Origin: Lama glama
Lineage: Eukaryota
Reading direction: 5' to 3'
DNA: 64,000 nucleotides
Assembly: GCA_028534125.1 (NCBI GenBank)
Contig: CM052817.1
Coordinates: 21,888,001 to 21,952,000 of the forward strand
This document shows, in pieces, positions 25,624 to 38,554 of this stretch. Numbering within the stretch: position 1 is the stretch's first letter; each line of letters opens with the position of its first letter. The notes under the pieces are model-generated. The model made no database searches. It saw only the letters and a program-made list of their open reading frames with translations, and had not been told where the DNA came from. A program made the position numbers and the translations under genes.

Positions 25624-27515
25624 CATTAACAGTGATGCTAAGAAACAAATGGTCAAATTAGATATATTCAAATGCTTGTGTAAAGAGATGGGATGGAGAC
25701 ATTTCCATTTATGCTGTTAAAAATATAACACATGGACTAATAAGGTGTTTTCATTTTTCCCTGATACTGTAAAGGTATAATTATACTGTTTAATTTGTGT
25801 CATCACAGCACATAATTTTTAATTCCTGGCAGATGAGCTGTTTGCAATTACATTTCTATTCTGACAAAATTTATATGATCTAGATGTATTTATAGGTTAG
25901 GATAATAGAAATAAAAGATAAATTCTTGGTTATAGTGTTAATATCAGATGTTTTCCTTGAATACAATGGTATGGCAAGCATTCTGGCATATCTATAAGGA
26001 ACAAAAGTCAATAAATTAAGGTTATAATCTTCATTAAGAATTTCTCATCTTAATAGTTCTTTCAAACTTGTGGTTAGTCAGATATATTATCAGATGCTGC
26101 TAATCCATGAAATTTACCCTAAGGTAAAATAATGCTGACTTGCTCTTGCTGTTTCACCAATCTTAATTGACCTTTCTAGTTATTTCAATATTACTGCTTT
26201 TTGAATACTGTTATGAAAATGAGCCAAAAAATGGCCTCTGTGTATTGGCCTGCAGATTATTTATTTCTTTATTGAAGACTGAGATCTATTATTGAAAAAA
26301 CCTGCTGCTGCCAAACTCAAATTTGTACATAACAAGGAAGAGGTTTCTCAAAACATTGTCAGTTTTTATCTTTATCATACTATTATTGCATTATGGGCTT
26401 TTTTTTTACATTTTATTGTACTATATTGTAATTTATTTCTTCATACTTATTTTCTGTACTAGACATAGACTATGGAAGAACGATATCTTACCCATTTGTT
26501 TTTCTAGTACCTTGTATAATGAATATGTGAACATGAAATGTCATATTTACTGATATGTATGTATATATAAATATGTATATATCATAGATATGTGTGTATG
26601 TTCTGTTTACTAAGAATAAGAGCTAAAATGTTAAAGTTTTGTTTACATAGTATTAGTCCTAATATGTATAGGCTTGTCATTGAAATACTGACATATCACA
26701 TTCATGTAAGCTTCTTATCTTTTCTAGTATAAATCTCCTTCATTATGATCTTTAAAAACTAGGTTTTGGTTAAGTACAGTGTGGAAGCTAAATCTGGGAA
26801 GAAAAAAAAGCCAGATGACATATTTCATACATAATTGAAAAGATTAAGATAACAATGAATTGTTTTTAATGCTACTTTAAATTTTTTTACATTGTGCTAA
26901 TAGCTCATTTATGTCAAAATAACAGATTATATACAGTCTAAGTTAATTAATGGTTTCAGTGTGTCTTCTACACTAAATAAATGGTATGGGACTTCTGAAA
27001 AAATTCTGTAGCATGTAAAATGGGATAATGTTGTGCATAAGATGAAGTAGCTACACCTCTCTTCTTCTAGTACATTGTTCACTATATGCCACACAGTTGG
27101 CTTCAGATCAATTTTGACTTACATATGAAGAGTAACATCATATGTATCATTACAATAATACTGATTGACACCTAGATATCAAAAATTGGCTAGAATTTGG
27201 CTGCCTAAATAGATATCAAGCTTAAAAGCTGAGAATTGACTAAAAATTGCATCCATGCAGACTGTGGAAAATATTATAAGCATCTCATTTACTAGGGAAC
27301 ACTGTTGAATTGTACTGAACTCATTCATTTAAGTCTTATGTAGAAAGAGATGTAAGCATAAATCTTGTGTATCTTAAAAATTTTTGTTTTCACTGTACTG
27401 ACCTTGCTCCAGTAGCCATTTCAGCAAACTCAGGAACCTTAGCACTGACGTCTTTGAGCTGGTGCATCTGCTCAGAATTCCAACTTCCAAATTTCTTATT
27501 ATATGATAGAAAAAT

Positions 27516-27615
27516 NNNNNNNNNNNNNNNNNNNNNNNNNNNNNNNNNNNNNNNNNNNNNNNNNNNNNNNNNNNNNNNNNNNNNNNNNNNNNNNNNNNNN
27601 NNNNNNNNNNNNNNN
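27516..27615. other. Assembly gap (100 N)
   Basis: Run of N. Confidence 1.
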
Positions 27616-28076
27616 GAGAAGTGACATATTACGCACATCTTTAAGAAGGTTATAGCCAAGTAGTAGTAGAAAAGAAGGGTAAGTGTATATTATTAGGCAC
27701 ATTGAGCAGATGACAAAGATGTCAGATTAATTTTCTAGTGGTCAAAAGAAATGGAAAACCAATAGAACAGGACATCAGGTTGCTATACTGTATACTGTAT
27801 ATACATGTATACTGAAACAGAACAGAAAAAGTATATAAATATAAAATTTACTTGTTTCATAAGTTTCCTTCAAATATTGCCATGGTGTTCAATGTTTCCG
27901 AATAAAACCCAATGGAGAATTTCACATTCCTGTGGTTTTCAAGACTATTTCCCACCTCTTCACCCCTAGGGTAAATCCCTGAAAATTTCTAGTATTCATC
28001 TAAGTGATAAGCCCTTCAGAATTTATACTAAATCCAAATGGGACAATACTTTGTTAAGGAAAATGTTATTCTAACT

Positions 28077-28178
28077 AAAAAGGAAGAGACAAGGGAAAAA
28101 AAAAAAGGAAGGAAGGAAGGTAGAAAAAAATGAAGGAAGGGAAGGAAGGTAGAAATAAAGAAAGGCAGGAAGGAAGGA
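28077..28178 (+). repeat. Purine-rich (GGAA)n-type low-complexity tract
   Basis: Direct reading. Confidence 0.85.
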
Positions 28179-28907
28179 TGTGAGGTTATAATTTGGCTGA
28201 AAACACTTAAACATAATGTAGTTACAATGGTTTGGAATACTGATACTTTGAAGCTTGAATGTTCAATTTTACCTTAATAAATTCAGCTACTTCACAACCC
28301 CCATTCCAGTGCAGTCCTACCAATTTAAAATCATAAAGGCCCAGAATACTATTAAATGCACTGACTTTCATCTTTACTTACAGTTCTATGAATAGCCTCT
28401 AAAACTGACAAGTAAATAGGGATAAAGTTGCCTCCTACAAGAAAGTGCACAGGGAAAATGGAAAAGCCAATAGAAAACTGAAAACGTCTTTGATAACATC
28501 TCAGTCACTCTGCAGGGTTACTTAGCCTCAGAACATTTGCTAATTCATATAAATTATCTTTGAAATATTTCAACCATTGAAATAAAATGAAAATAGCTAC
28601 TAGCTTTATTTACATGGCATGACTTGGGTTTCTTTTAGCATGCAGAGTAACAACAAAAAACTATCTGATAGCAGAAACTCTTACTAGAATCTCAGTCTTT
28701 GCATTCAACTCTGAGTAGATTTGCATCTTTGTATACGAAGTTATTTATGGGCAAAATTTCAAATAAGGGAGATGCAAATTCTATGAATTCTATTAGATCA
28801 CTAAGTTTAATGCTAGTAATGCATATAGAAGCTTTAGGTGAATTGAGTTTGAGAAATAATGCAGAGTCTACACATTGTACTGCATGAACATTTTCTACCT
28901 TCGTTTT

Positions 28908-29056
28908 AAAAAAAATTATTTACTTATTTTATTTTTTGGAGTGGGAGGTAATTAGGTTTATTTATTTATGTAATTTTACTGGAGGTACCAGGGATAGGAC
29001 CCTGGACCTAGTGCATGCTAAGCATACATTTTACCATTGAGCTATACCCTTCCCCC
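28908..29056 (-). mobile_element. tRNA-derived SINE, camelid Vic-1-like
   Basis: Minus strand gggggaagggtatagctcaatggtaaaatgtatgcttagcatgcac...; A box TAGCTCAATGG, degenerate B box GGTCCTATCCC, aataaacctaattacctccc tail; TSD ttctaccttcgtttt (28893-28907) / ttcaaccttcatttt (29058-29072). Confidence 0.9.
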
Positions 29057-29639
29057 ATTCAACCTTCATTTTTGAAGAGAAAAACACAAAGTTCTGTTTG
29101 GAAAGGAGATAATTATGCAGTGTACCTCACACTGTTTATACTACTTATGTGTGCATCACCTTTGTTCTTTGGTGGGTTGCTGCTGTTTTGATGAGTATTG
29201 CATAATTTTCTAACTGTCATGTTAAACCCTAAAAGATACTTTTATAACCAATAGGCTTCCTTGCTTATCATAACTACCCAACGAGGTGAGCAGTTTGGAC
29301 TGTTTTCAATGACTAGTGCCTTTAGCACACTGTGAACTTCTATACACCATTTTTTGTCCCCTCCACACATAAGAGTTCCTGAAGAGTTTATTAGATATTA
29401 GATAGTGGAGTCTTTGGGTGGTGCACATTCTTCTGGTATCTCTCAGACAGCATTTTACATTATTTTGCATCTGGAAACTAATTTCAGTGTTGATAGTAAG
29501 AAAAGAATGATTAAATTCTTACGAATTTAATCGTTGGTTATCTTGATCTAAAATGATATTTGGTGAACTCATAGATAATAATAGTTCAGCTCTACAAGGT
29601 ACCTATGTAATATATCTCATTTGCATGCAGGGAGCTAAT

Positions 29640-29840
29640 GTTCTACAGTAGAAAGAACAGTGAGCTGTGACTCAGGAGGCCCTATTGCTAATGAAAAACT
29701 TTTATTTAAACTGGTAGAGCCTTTCTGTATCTGTAAATGGGAACTGTAATGCTGCCTATAATTCATAGGTTTACTATAAAGAATATTTTGAATAATATAT
29801 GCAATGATTTTGGAAATTTTGAAGGGGCTTTATAAATTCC
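29640..29840 (+). mobile_element. MIR SINE
   Basis: cagtagaaagaacagtgagctgtgactcaggaggcc...tctgtatctgtaaatggg. Confidence 0.7.
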
Positions 29841-30484
29841 AGCAATCACCTTTATTAATGTTTTCATTACAATTCATACTCATTAAATTGCTGGACAGTG
29901 GCTTGAAGCCATTCTTTCCCTCTGATAGCTTTCCATGTGTATTTTAATAATATTAATCTTAAGCATTAGTAGTCAATTGATTAATGTGTTGTATGCTAAA
30001 TATTGAGATTCAGGGATGTCTAAAACAGCACAGTAAGGTTGATGGAAATGTTTTTTGACTGTAGGCTTTTCTTATTGCTTATGTTATCAGAAGTCAAACT
30101 ATCTGCATGGACTAAAATGTGATTTCCCATCATTTTTATGAATCCAAGATAAGAATCACATGCAAACATATGCATAAATTGTTAATAACTTAAGGCAATA
30201 AAATTGAGTTACTTCTCTCTTGAAGGGAGAAAAAAAATGAGTTACTAATTCAGGCCATGTATTTATTGATCACATGGTATGTAATGCATTCTGCTGTATA
30301 CCTGCAAGCTTTTAAGCCCTCTGAAGACCACTATACTAACTTGTTTATATGAAAGTACCTCGGTTTCAAATGTGTTCTTATTATCTTTTATCTTCTGATA
30401 ATGTCATAGCATTGCTTTATTTCAATATTTGCATTTAAAATTTTTTTTCTAATCTCTGGACAAGAACTTTGAAAGGGTAAAAGA

Positions 30485-30894
30485 TTTTGACTATTTCTAG
30501 CTAACAAGTTAGCCACAGGTGCTGGTAGAAGATTCAGAATTTCTTAGTTGGGAAGATGAGAGTTATATTGCACACAGCACCACAAGTTGCACGATGTCAT
30601 GGTTGCCTCGGATCCCCTTGCTCTCCACGTCTCATGAACGTAAAAAACGGTGCCTAGTTGATACTGCACATGCAGTGGTTTTGCTTTACAATTGGTTAAC
30701 TCCAAGTTCAGGGAATCAGAATATTTCATAGTCGACTACTTTTTACCCTTTTGCCCAAAAGGACACACTCTTCCTTTCTTCCAAGGCTGTTTGCTAATAC
30801 ATGTGTCTTTGAAAAACTAGAACAAAGGGCATCCAGTGTATTGACTCACAAGATATGAAAACACATGAGAGAGCTTGAAGGTTGTCTCCCAAGA
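30485..30894 (-). mobile_element. ERVL solo LTR, MER74/MER54/MER88-like
   Basis: acaagttagccacaggtgctggtagaaga...ccaaggctgtttgcta...ctcacaagatatg...gttgtctcccaaga. Confidence 0.65.
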
Positions 30895-31074
30895 TATTAT
30901 AATCTGAATTATGAAACAATAAGCATGATACTTTCTGACTTTGAGCTGTTTCTGTTTGGATGTGCTAATACATGTGCTGCGATAATAAGCAATGTTAGAA
31001 TCATCGTTTAAATTCTTGTGTCCAAAATGGGTTTGCAGGGGCTTCCATCTTGATACACGCTTCAGTATCACCTA

Positions 31075-31240
31075 CAAGAGAAGAGTGGACATAAGTCACT
31101 TACTGGCTCTTAATGCTTCTGCTTGGAAGTGACATACTTTACTATTTATTTGCCACAGCAAGTCATACAGTCAAACTGAATTTCCTAGGAGGTACAGTCT
31201 TACCATGTGTCTGAAAGATGACCAGCACTAATGACAAGTG
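31075..31240 (-). mobile_element. MLT1 (H/I-like) LTR fragment
   Basis: ctggctcttaatgcttctgcttggaagtgaca...gcaagtcatacagtcaaactgaattt...taccatgtgtctgaaag. Confidence 0.6.
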
Positions 31241-32464
31241 CATGGAAGGAAGAGATAATTCTTGTATTTATAATCAGGTCTGATGATGACGACCAGTAAC
31301 TTCCAATTTTATGCTTTAGAGGATACTGCTGCTTTCATGCATAGTTAATAGAAGAGGAGAAATAAAAGACAATTCCTGTCTGGGAACAGAGAATCTCTTC
31401 TCTGAGAGTGAGAAAATTCTGACTTCCTTACAGTTACTTTTCCTGCCCCTTTTGCCATACATAGGACCAAAAGTGCCTGCCATCATAATGTGTAAATAGT
31501 GCAAAGTACCAGTTTCTCAGAATTCATATACAGTAAATATCACTCTATTTTCATTCAGCTGTGATAATATATTCCATTTGCCTTCTCTTCACCATTCCAC
31601 TCACTCTACTACCTAACCTTCTCTCCATCCACCTTGAAGAAGTCTTTGGAAGTAGTATTTAAAACTGTAGCACCAGTCTGAGTTACAGACCTTGGCTTAA
31701 ATCAATTTTCAAGAGCATTAGATAAGCAGAAATCTGCCTTTGTTTTCATGCTACAATATAATGAAATTTTTGAACTACTTTTTTGGTAGAAATATAAACT
31801 GATAAAATATCGTAAAAATTAAGCATTGAAAAATACAGGCACCATTATAAATCTGATGAAAAGCTGTTCCTCAGGCACAACATTTTATGGAGTTGCAAAG
31901 ATTTCAAAATTGCTAGATAGCTACAGCAAAGACAGCATAAGTGAGAACTATGTGTGACATGATGAAATGTCCTTGAGGTATTAAGTATACAAATGGAGGA
32001 AATGCATCTTTGTATGTTAAATTATAGGATTTTACACATTACAACTGTGTCATTATTATTTTGTTTACACTTTAGGAAAATCTGGCTTACATACAAAATA
32101 AAATAATTACACAAATTATGCAGTATATTTTGCAGCAAGAAAGTTTTTTTAAAATGGTTAACTGTTGAAATAATAATAATAAAAATACAATATTAATATA
32201 TTTTAAACAGGGAAGCAATAGAGGAAAATGAAAACACATGAAGTTCTCACTGAGCATATCAAAGGATTATACCCTCCAGAGAAAGTAGGGATAGCAATAA
32301 GTGCTTTGAAGTCATTAAAGAATAGCTCAATGTCTGTGAAACTAAAACTAATGCTGTTACTCTAAAGCAAGCATTGGTGATCATATTGTCTATCCAAGAC
32401 CTCTTCTTACCTGTCCTTTCTTCTCACTCTTTTCTTCTTTGTCTCATACCATTCTTAGTTCCAT

Positions 32465-32530
32465 GCTTCTCTTCCTTCTTCCTTTCCTTCCTTCCTTCCT
32501 TCTTTTCTCCCTTCCTTTCTTCATTTTCCT
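32465..32530 (+). repeat. Pyrimidine-rich (TTCC)n tract
   Basis: Direct reading. Confidence 0.8.
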
Positions 32531-32559
32531 ATTTGTATGCTTTCATCCTCATCTGCTAC

Positions 32560-33033
32560 TGCAGGATTTCTATCATACTAGTTTTGCTGTTTGAAGAAAC
32601 TACCAAAAAATCAGTGTCTTAAATCAAGCAAACAAAAATTACTATCTTATAGTTCTAGAGTTCAGAACTAAACTGAATTTTATGGGGCTAAAATCAAACC
32701 ACATTACTTCTAGAGGTTTTAGATGAGGATCTATTTTCCAGCTTCTAGGGACTACCTATATTCCTTGACTTGTGGCCACCAACCAGCAATTGCATTACTC
32801 CGATCTCTGCTTCTAGTCGGCACATCTCCATCTTTAATTCTAATTCTCCTGTCTTTTTGTTTACTTGTGAGGATTGCTGTAATTTCATTGGACCTGCCAG
32901 GGTAATATAGAATAATCTTCTCATCTCAATATCCTTAACTTAATCATATTTGCAGGGTCCCTTTTGCCATATTCATAGACTCTGGAAATTAAGGCATGAA
33001 TATTTTTGGTTGGCCATTATTATGCCTACTGTA
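32560..33033 (-). mobile_element. MLT1D-like MaLR solo LTR
   Basis: atcttatagttctagagttcagaa...ggggctaaaatcaa...ccagggtaatatagaataatcttctcatctcaa...ggccattattatgcctactgta. Confidence 0.8.
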
Positions 33034-33047
33034 TCCAACAAAATGCC

Positions 33048-33118
33048 TCTGTTAGTCTGGCTTGTCTAGAAAAATGGAATCAACAGCATGTGGTGTGTGT
33101 GGGTGTGTGTGTGTGCAG
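33048..33118 (-). mobile_element. 3' terminal piece of MLT2B LTR (left of inversion)
   Basis: tctgttagtctggcttgtctagaaaaatggaatcaacagcatg plus (TG)n matches the antisense MLT2 end (compare 37767 tttattagtcagggttctccagagaaacag). Confidence 0.75.
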
Positions 33119-33243
33119 AAAGTGCTAGTGTAGAAGGGGATGATGTGGTGGTAATCCTGCATGTAATAGCCTATTAAACTTGCTTTGAATATACATATGG
33201 CACATCTTGGGAATATGCAGAAATAATCATTGGGAAAAGGCAT

Positions 33244-33608
33244 TATCATTGTTAATTTGATGGGTCAATTTGGCTAAACCACAGTTCCCAGATATTTCGT
33301 CAAACATTACTCTAGGTGTTTTTTGTGAAGGTGTTTTTGGATGAGATTAACACTAAAATTGATGGAATGTAAATAAAGCAGATTAGTTTCCGTAATGTGA
33401 GTGGATCTCATTCAATCAGTTGGAGGCCTCATCAGAACAATGACTGGCCTCCCCTGAGCAAGAAAAATTTCTGTCAACTGACTGCTTTGGGGCTTGAACT
33501 GCGACTGTTTCCTGAATGTCCAGCCTGCTGACCTACTCTGCAGATTTTGGGTTCCCCAAGCCTCCACAATCGCATGAGCCAATTCATTAAAATAAAATTC
33601 TGTCTCTG

Positions 33609-33644
<36 letters not shown>

Positions 33645-33650
33645 CATAGA
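33244..33650 (+). mobile_element. MLT2B (ERVL) LTR body lacking its 3' terminus
   Basis: gttaatttgatgggtcaatttggctaa...cagttcccagatatttcgtcaaaca...gcctccacaatcgcatgagccaattc then (TCTCTG)n/(TC)n. Confidence 0.9.
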
Positions 33651-35669
33651 CTGCCTGTGGTTCACATGGGTGAACCACTGTTTTGGAATAATACTATCTC
33701 CCATTACACCCTACTACTGTTGATGGACCGGAGACTATCAGGTGGTCCCAAGTCATAGTGTTTTCCTGAATGCTTTCAACAGTCAGGCCACATTGTGCTA
33801 TCTACACAAAAGGGAACAAACCTTTATTCTGCCATTTACAGACATGTATCAAAGTAGTTGATGTCACAGTATCATACAAAGTTTTAATTGAAAAACAAAC
33901 ATACTATTTTCCCCTTGTGCCTCTCTTTCCCTAATAGAACTCAGACAGAAGTCCATGGGTGGTTAGGCTCAAAGACAAATATGAGTGATGAACATCATGC
34001 TGTACTCAGAATTGCTTCTCTTGGCTGATAATGAAATCTTTCTTACAGAGCCAAGCTTGACTGCCTGATTCTTCCTTTATGATGAGCTCTCTCCCAGGGT
34101 ACATCTCAGGGGATTATTACAATAGAGTCCTGGAACAGGCTACTAGACATATAGAGACTTGTCTGAATCTCACATATGGATGTGTTGACTAAAGCCACGA
34201 TATCTCCCTTCCACTCAGCCCCTCCTAAGCTCTAAAAATTGGTTTTGTCCTCTAAAAGAACTTTGTAAAATGTAAAAGAAACTGTTTTTTGAATCACACT
34301 GTTTTTTGATAGAAATAAAGAGTAATTTAGTGCTTCTGCTTGATAATACGGAAGAGTTAATGTAGATGCAGAGATATGAAGTACATGTATTCTTAAAACT
34401 GAGAATGAAAAGCAAGTGAACATTGGGTTTCTTGTCATCTAAAGCAGTAAGTCTGTAGGAGAAAAGAGGATTTGCTATTTTAACAACTTTATGATAGCTA
34501 GGAATCTCTTTTAATTTCATAGTGTTAACTTTATGGCTCTCATTTCTGATTCTCCATTATCCTTAATACTAAACTCCTAAAAAGGGGGGAAAAAAAAAGA
34601 CAGGATGAAGACAATTGTTACCTACAGCCAATATTAAGGAGAGAAAAAAATTGAAGTAAAGTGAGTTGTAGTAAATCTGAGAAAGAAAAGACAGCCTGAT
34701 TTTATGGTCTGAGGAAGGAGAGTATATAAGCGTTTTGGGTGGAGAAATGGTGACTTTAATATCAACAGACCTATGTAGGGTTACCTGACATTTATCTCTT
34801 TGAAGGTGCATGTGTGAAAACACTGTATGCCATCAATAATTATTTGTCAATTGAAAGTATGTGAAAGTTATTATCTATAACTGATTGGTAGTAAAATTAT
34901 AAAATATTTTTATGTACTCATAGGTATTTCTGAATCTAAACTGTTTTCTAGTTTCATATTTTTAAAACCAGAACACAAAACAACTATCTAAATAAAACCT
35001 TTCCTAGTATATAAGCCCTGCCTTTCACTTAATGATTTTACATTATTGATTACTTGCCTTATTGGTAAACTAGCCCATTTTATTAATCTTGAATTGGGCA
35101 AATAAGATGTAATTGCTGCAAGTCACTTTCATTTGCCATAGTTTTCTCAAAGGCTCATCTTTCTGTATTCTCACAAATACCTAAGTAGTGCTTATTTAGT
35201 ATGAGCACATGCAGAATATAAATGGAATAAATTACACTCATTGAAACTCAGATATTTCCAATTATTCATTTGATAAAATATTGAGAGTTTAAAAAATTTG
35301 TTTTATGTAAGTACTTAGGAAGAATGAATGTAGACCCCACTATTTGTAAATTGCATTACCAACATTAACCAGCTGGTTCACTGCAAGTCTCATTTATGTG
35401 GCAAGCTAGAATATTATTTAGGTAACTAAACAAAACTTACTCTAACTAGGATTACCAAAGAGGGTAGAGCTTACTTGCTTGATTGCCTGATTTTTATGTA
35501 ATGACAGAAAACTTTATGCATGTATACTAAAACAACCTATTAGATATCATAATGAATAAACAGGGTGAAAATACACCACTGCATATATCTGTCTATATCA
35601 GAGTGGCAGACTTGCAAAGCAAATAAAATCATGATTTCAATAATAAAGTAACCTGTGCCTTACCATCTC

Positions 35670-36220
35670 CTCAGTAACTGCACAGATGCTTCATTTCTCA
35701 AAGCCTCATTCCTCATTGTAAATTATAGTAATAATAACATTCCTTCAGTGGTGTTTTTATTAGTCTGCTCAGGTTGTTATAACAGCATACCACAGACTGG
35801 GTGACTTAGACACAGAAATTAATTTTCTCACAGTTCTGGAGGCTGGAAGTCCACAATCAAGGTGCAGGCTGATCTGGTTTCTAGTGAAACCTCTCTTCCT
35901 GTTTTGCAGATGGCCACCTTCTCACCTTGTCCTCATCTGTGCCTTTGATCTGTGCACTGGCACTCCTGGTGTCTCCTCCTCTTCTCCTAAGGACATAAGC
36001 CTGTCAAAATAGGGCCCCACCCTTATGACTTCATTTAACCTTAATTACCTTCTTAAAGGCCCTATCTTCAAATAATAGTCAAGTGGTAATTCAAGCTTTA
36101 ATTAGTGAATTTTAGAGGGGCACAACTTATACCATAACAGTGTTGTTATAATGATGAAATGATATCATGCAATGAATGTGCTTACTATACAATAAAAACT
36201 CAAAAAAGCATTAACTGTCA
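35670..36220 (+). mobile_element. MIR SINE split by an MLT1A insertion
   Basis: aagcctcattcctcattgtaaattatagtaataataac (left) continues as gttataatgatgaaatgatatcatgcaatgaatgtgctta (right). Confidence 0.65.
35756..36139 (-). mobile_element. MLT1A-type MaLR solo LTR, full length
   Basis: ttctcacagttctggaggctggaagtccacaatcaaggtg...ccataaca; perfect 5-bp TSD gtgtt at 35751-35755 and 36140-36144. Confidence 0.92.
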
Positions 36221-37766
36221 TATTTTCATGTCATTGCGTAGGAGTAAATCTTGATCTCTCTGATCTGGAAGCATTACCTAGTAGATTATCCAGGTGACTG
36301 AAGAAGCCTCTGCACCTCTCAAGCCTCTGCACCTCTCACCTTCTCTAGATCTTCTCAATTATTAGAGCATAGCTCCAAGAATTTGAACAAAATCTCACTC
36401 TTTTCCCAGAGACTATATTATGGTCCCATCTCTCTGGTTCCCATACTCAGAATTTTCAATTCATTCACCACCATTCCCTAAATCTCAAGCTTTTGCAGAA
36501 ATGAAGAGTAATATTATAAAAAAGAAAAATTAAAACAAAACCAAAAGGATAATAAACAAAGGTTTAGGTATGCTGATTGTGACATACACACACCACACAT
36601 ACAAACACAAACTCAGTAATTATGGCTAATGTCTACAGATTAAATATGTATTTCCAAATAAAGTCAAATTTGCATTATTGAAAAATCTTAGGGTTTCATA
36701 TCTATTTTTACATAGTTTTTATAGCCACTTGGCCCTTCACACACACATACCCCCTATTTGACTCCTGGACTTTTTTTTTTTATTATTCATTAAGAATACT
36801 AATTAGATGACAGTTCTTGATTTTAAATATGTTGTCTACATATTGAGTTTATTAATAAACAATATATATTTCATTTTCAGTTGCATTAATATTTTACACC
36901 TAAAATTGCAGTTATAGCAAGTTTACTGAAAATACTTTCTGGCTAGAATTTAAATGAAAGAACAAAGAAAGCCATTTAGCATGTTGACTTTAGAAGGCTT
37001 CAGAAAGGATTATACTTTTAGACTAGATATAGAAAATATGGAAAACAGGTTCTGTATCTGGAACAACAGCTCATAATCACTTGTGTAATTTACTTCAAAA
37101 CTGCCAAAATAATGAACTATATTCATAAAAGAAAAGTAAATTTTGCACCATGCTCATACTGATAAAGTAATGGTGTTTACATAAAAATTAACATGATAAA
37201 TTTAAGAAAATTATGAAACTATGTTACTTCAGATATTATCAATAATACTTTCCTCAATTTAAAAAACAGTGCATTTAAATTTTGCAAATTGAATCTGACA
37301 TAAATTCTCAAATAACTCTTTAATTCTTGGGAGTTACTATCAATTTAGAAATGTAACGTATCAATCACTTCACCTTGCATTTTATAGTTTTTCACAATTT
37401 CAATGTGTTTATACCTGACCTCTGATTATCACAATAAAGAATGATTGAACATCTACATGAAGTTAAATCTATAAAAAAAAAAAAGACACTGTCCTCTAGT
37501 TTACAATTAGATGTTTCTGCTCAAATGTGCCATCGATCCATTCAGACCCAGCCTCCACACCCAAGTTCCTTTCTTAGATCACTTTAACACCATCCTTCTC
37601 CATGTCTATGTGTCTTATAGTGCAAAGTGTTGTGGGAGATAGCAACAAGTATTTATAAAACAATTAGATAAGCTTTTTAAACTTCCAAGAAGTTTTATAA
37701 TATATTTTTCAGCTGGTGTATTATTTTTGATATTCAGCTTTCATAAAAACCATCAATAAACATCAG

Positions 37767-38502
37767 TTTATTAGTCAGGGTTCTCCAGAGAAACAGGATA
37801 AGTGAGGTATATATAGAGAGAGAGTTCTAGAGATATAGATACATGTATCTCTAGATGTATCTAGAGAGAGTGATAAAGATAGATAGATATAGAGAGCTTT
37901 ATTGTCAATCTATATTATCTAGATAGAGACAGAGAGAGAGAACTTTATTGTAGGATCTACCTATCTATCTACATCTTATCTCTATCTCTATCTCTATATC
38001 TATATCTATATCTATATCTATATCTATATCTATATCAAGAGACAAAGACAGAGAGGATGAGAGAGCACTTTATTAGAGGAATTAGCTCATGTGATTATGG
38101 AGGCTAAGAAGTCCCACAATCTGCCATCTGTGAGCTGGAGAACCAGGAAAGCTGGTGGTATAATTCAATGTGAGTTCAAAGGTCTAAGAAAAAGGAAACA
38201 TTGATATAAATGCCAAAGAAAAATGGCTTGAGAACCAGGAACTCTGATGTCTGAGAACAGAGGATGGATCTCCCAGCTCAAGAAGAAAGAGAGAGAATTA
38301 GTGATTTCTTTGCCTACCATTAGGTCCCTCAATGGATTAGTTGATGCTCACTCACATCGGTGAGAGTGAATCTCTTTTCTCAGTGTACTGATGCAAATGC
38401 TAATCTCTTTCAGAAACAACCTCACAAACATAAATAATATTTTAGCAATTATCTGTACATCCACTAGGCCAGTCAAGTTGATGTATAAAATTAACCATCA
38501 TA
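37767..38502 (-). mobile_element. MLT2C/D-type ERVL solo LTR with expanded internal microsatellite
   Basis: attagtcagggttctccagagaaacag start, gctcatgtgattatggaggctaagaagtcccacaatctgcc, end ccagtcaagttgatgtataaaattaaccatcata. Confidence 0.9.
37965..38036 (+). repeat. (TCTATA)n hexanucleotide microsatellite
   Basis: Direct reading. Confidence 0.95.
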
Positions 38503-38554
38503 CTTATCTAAGATTTTAGAACTGAGTGGAACTGAGACATCATTCATTAGAAAG

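Noticed and set aside
28975..29052. tRNA gene
   Set aside because: It is a SINE head: decayed B box, A-rich tail and TSDs.
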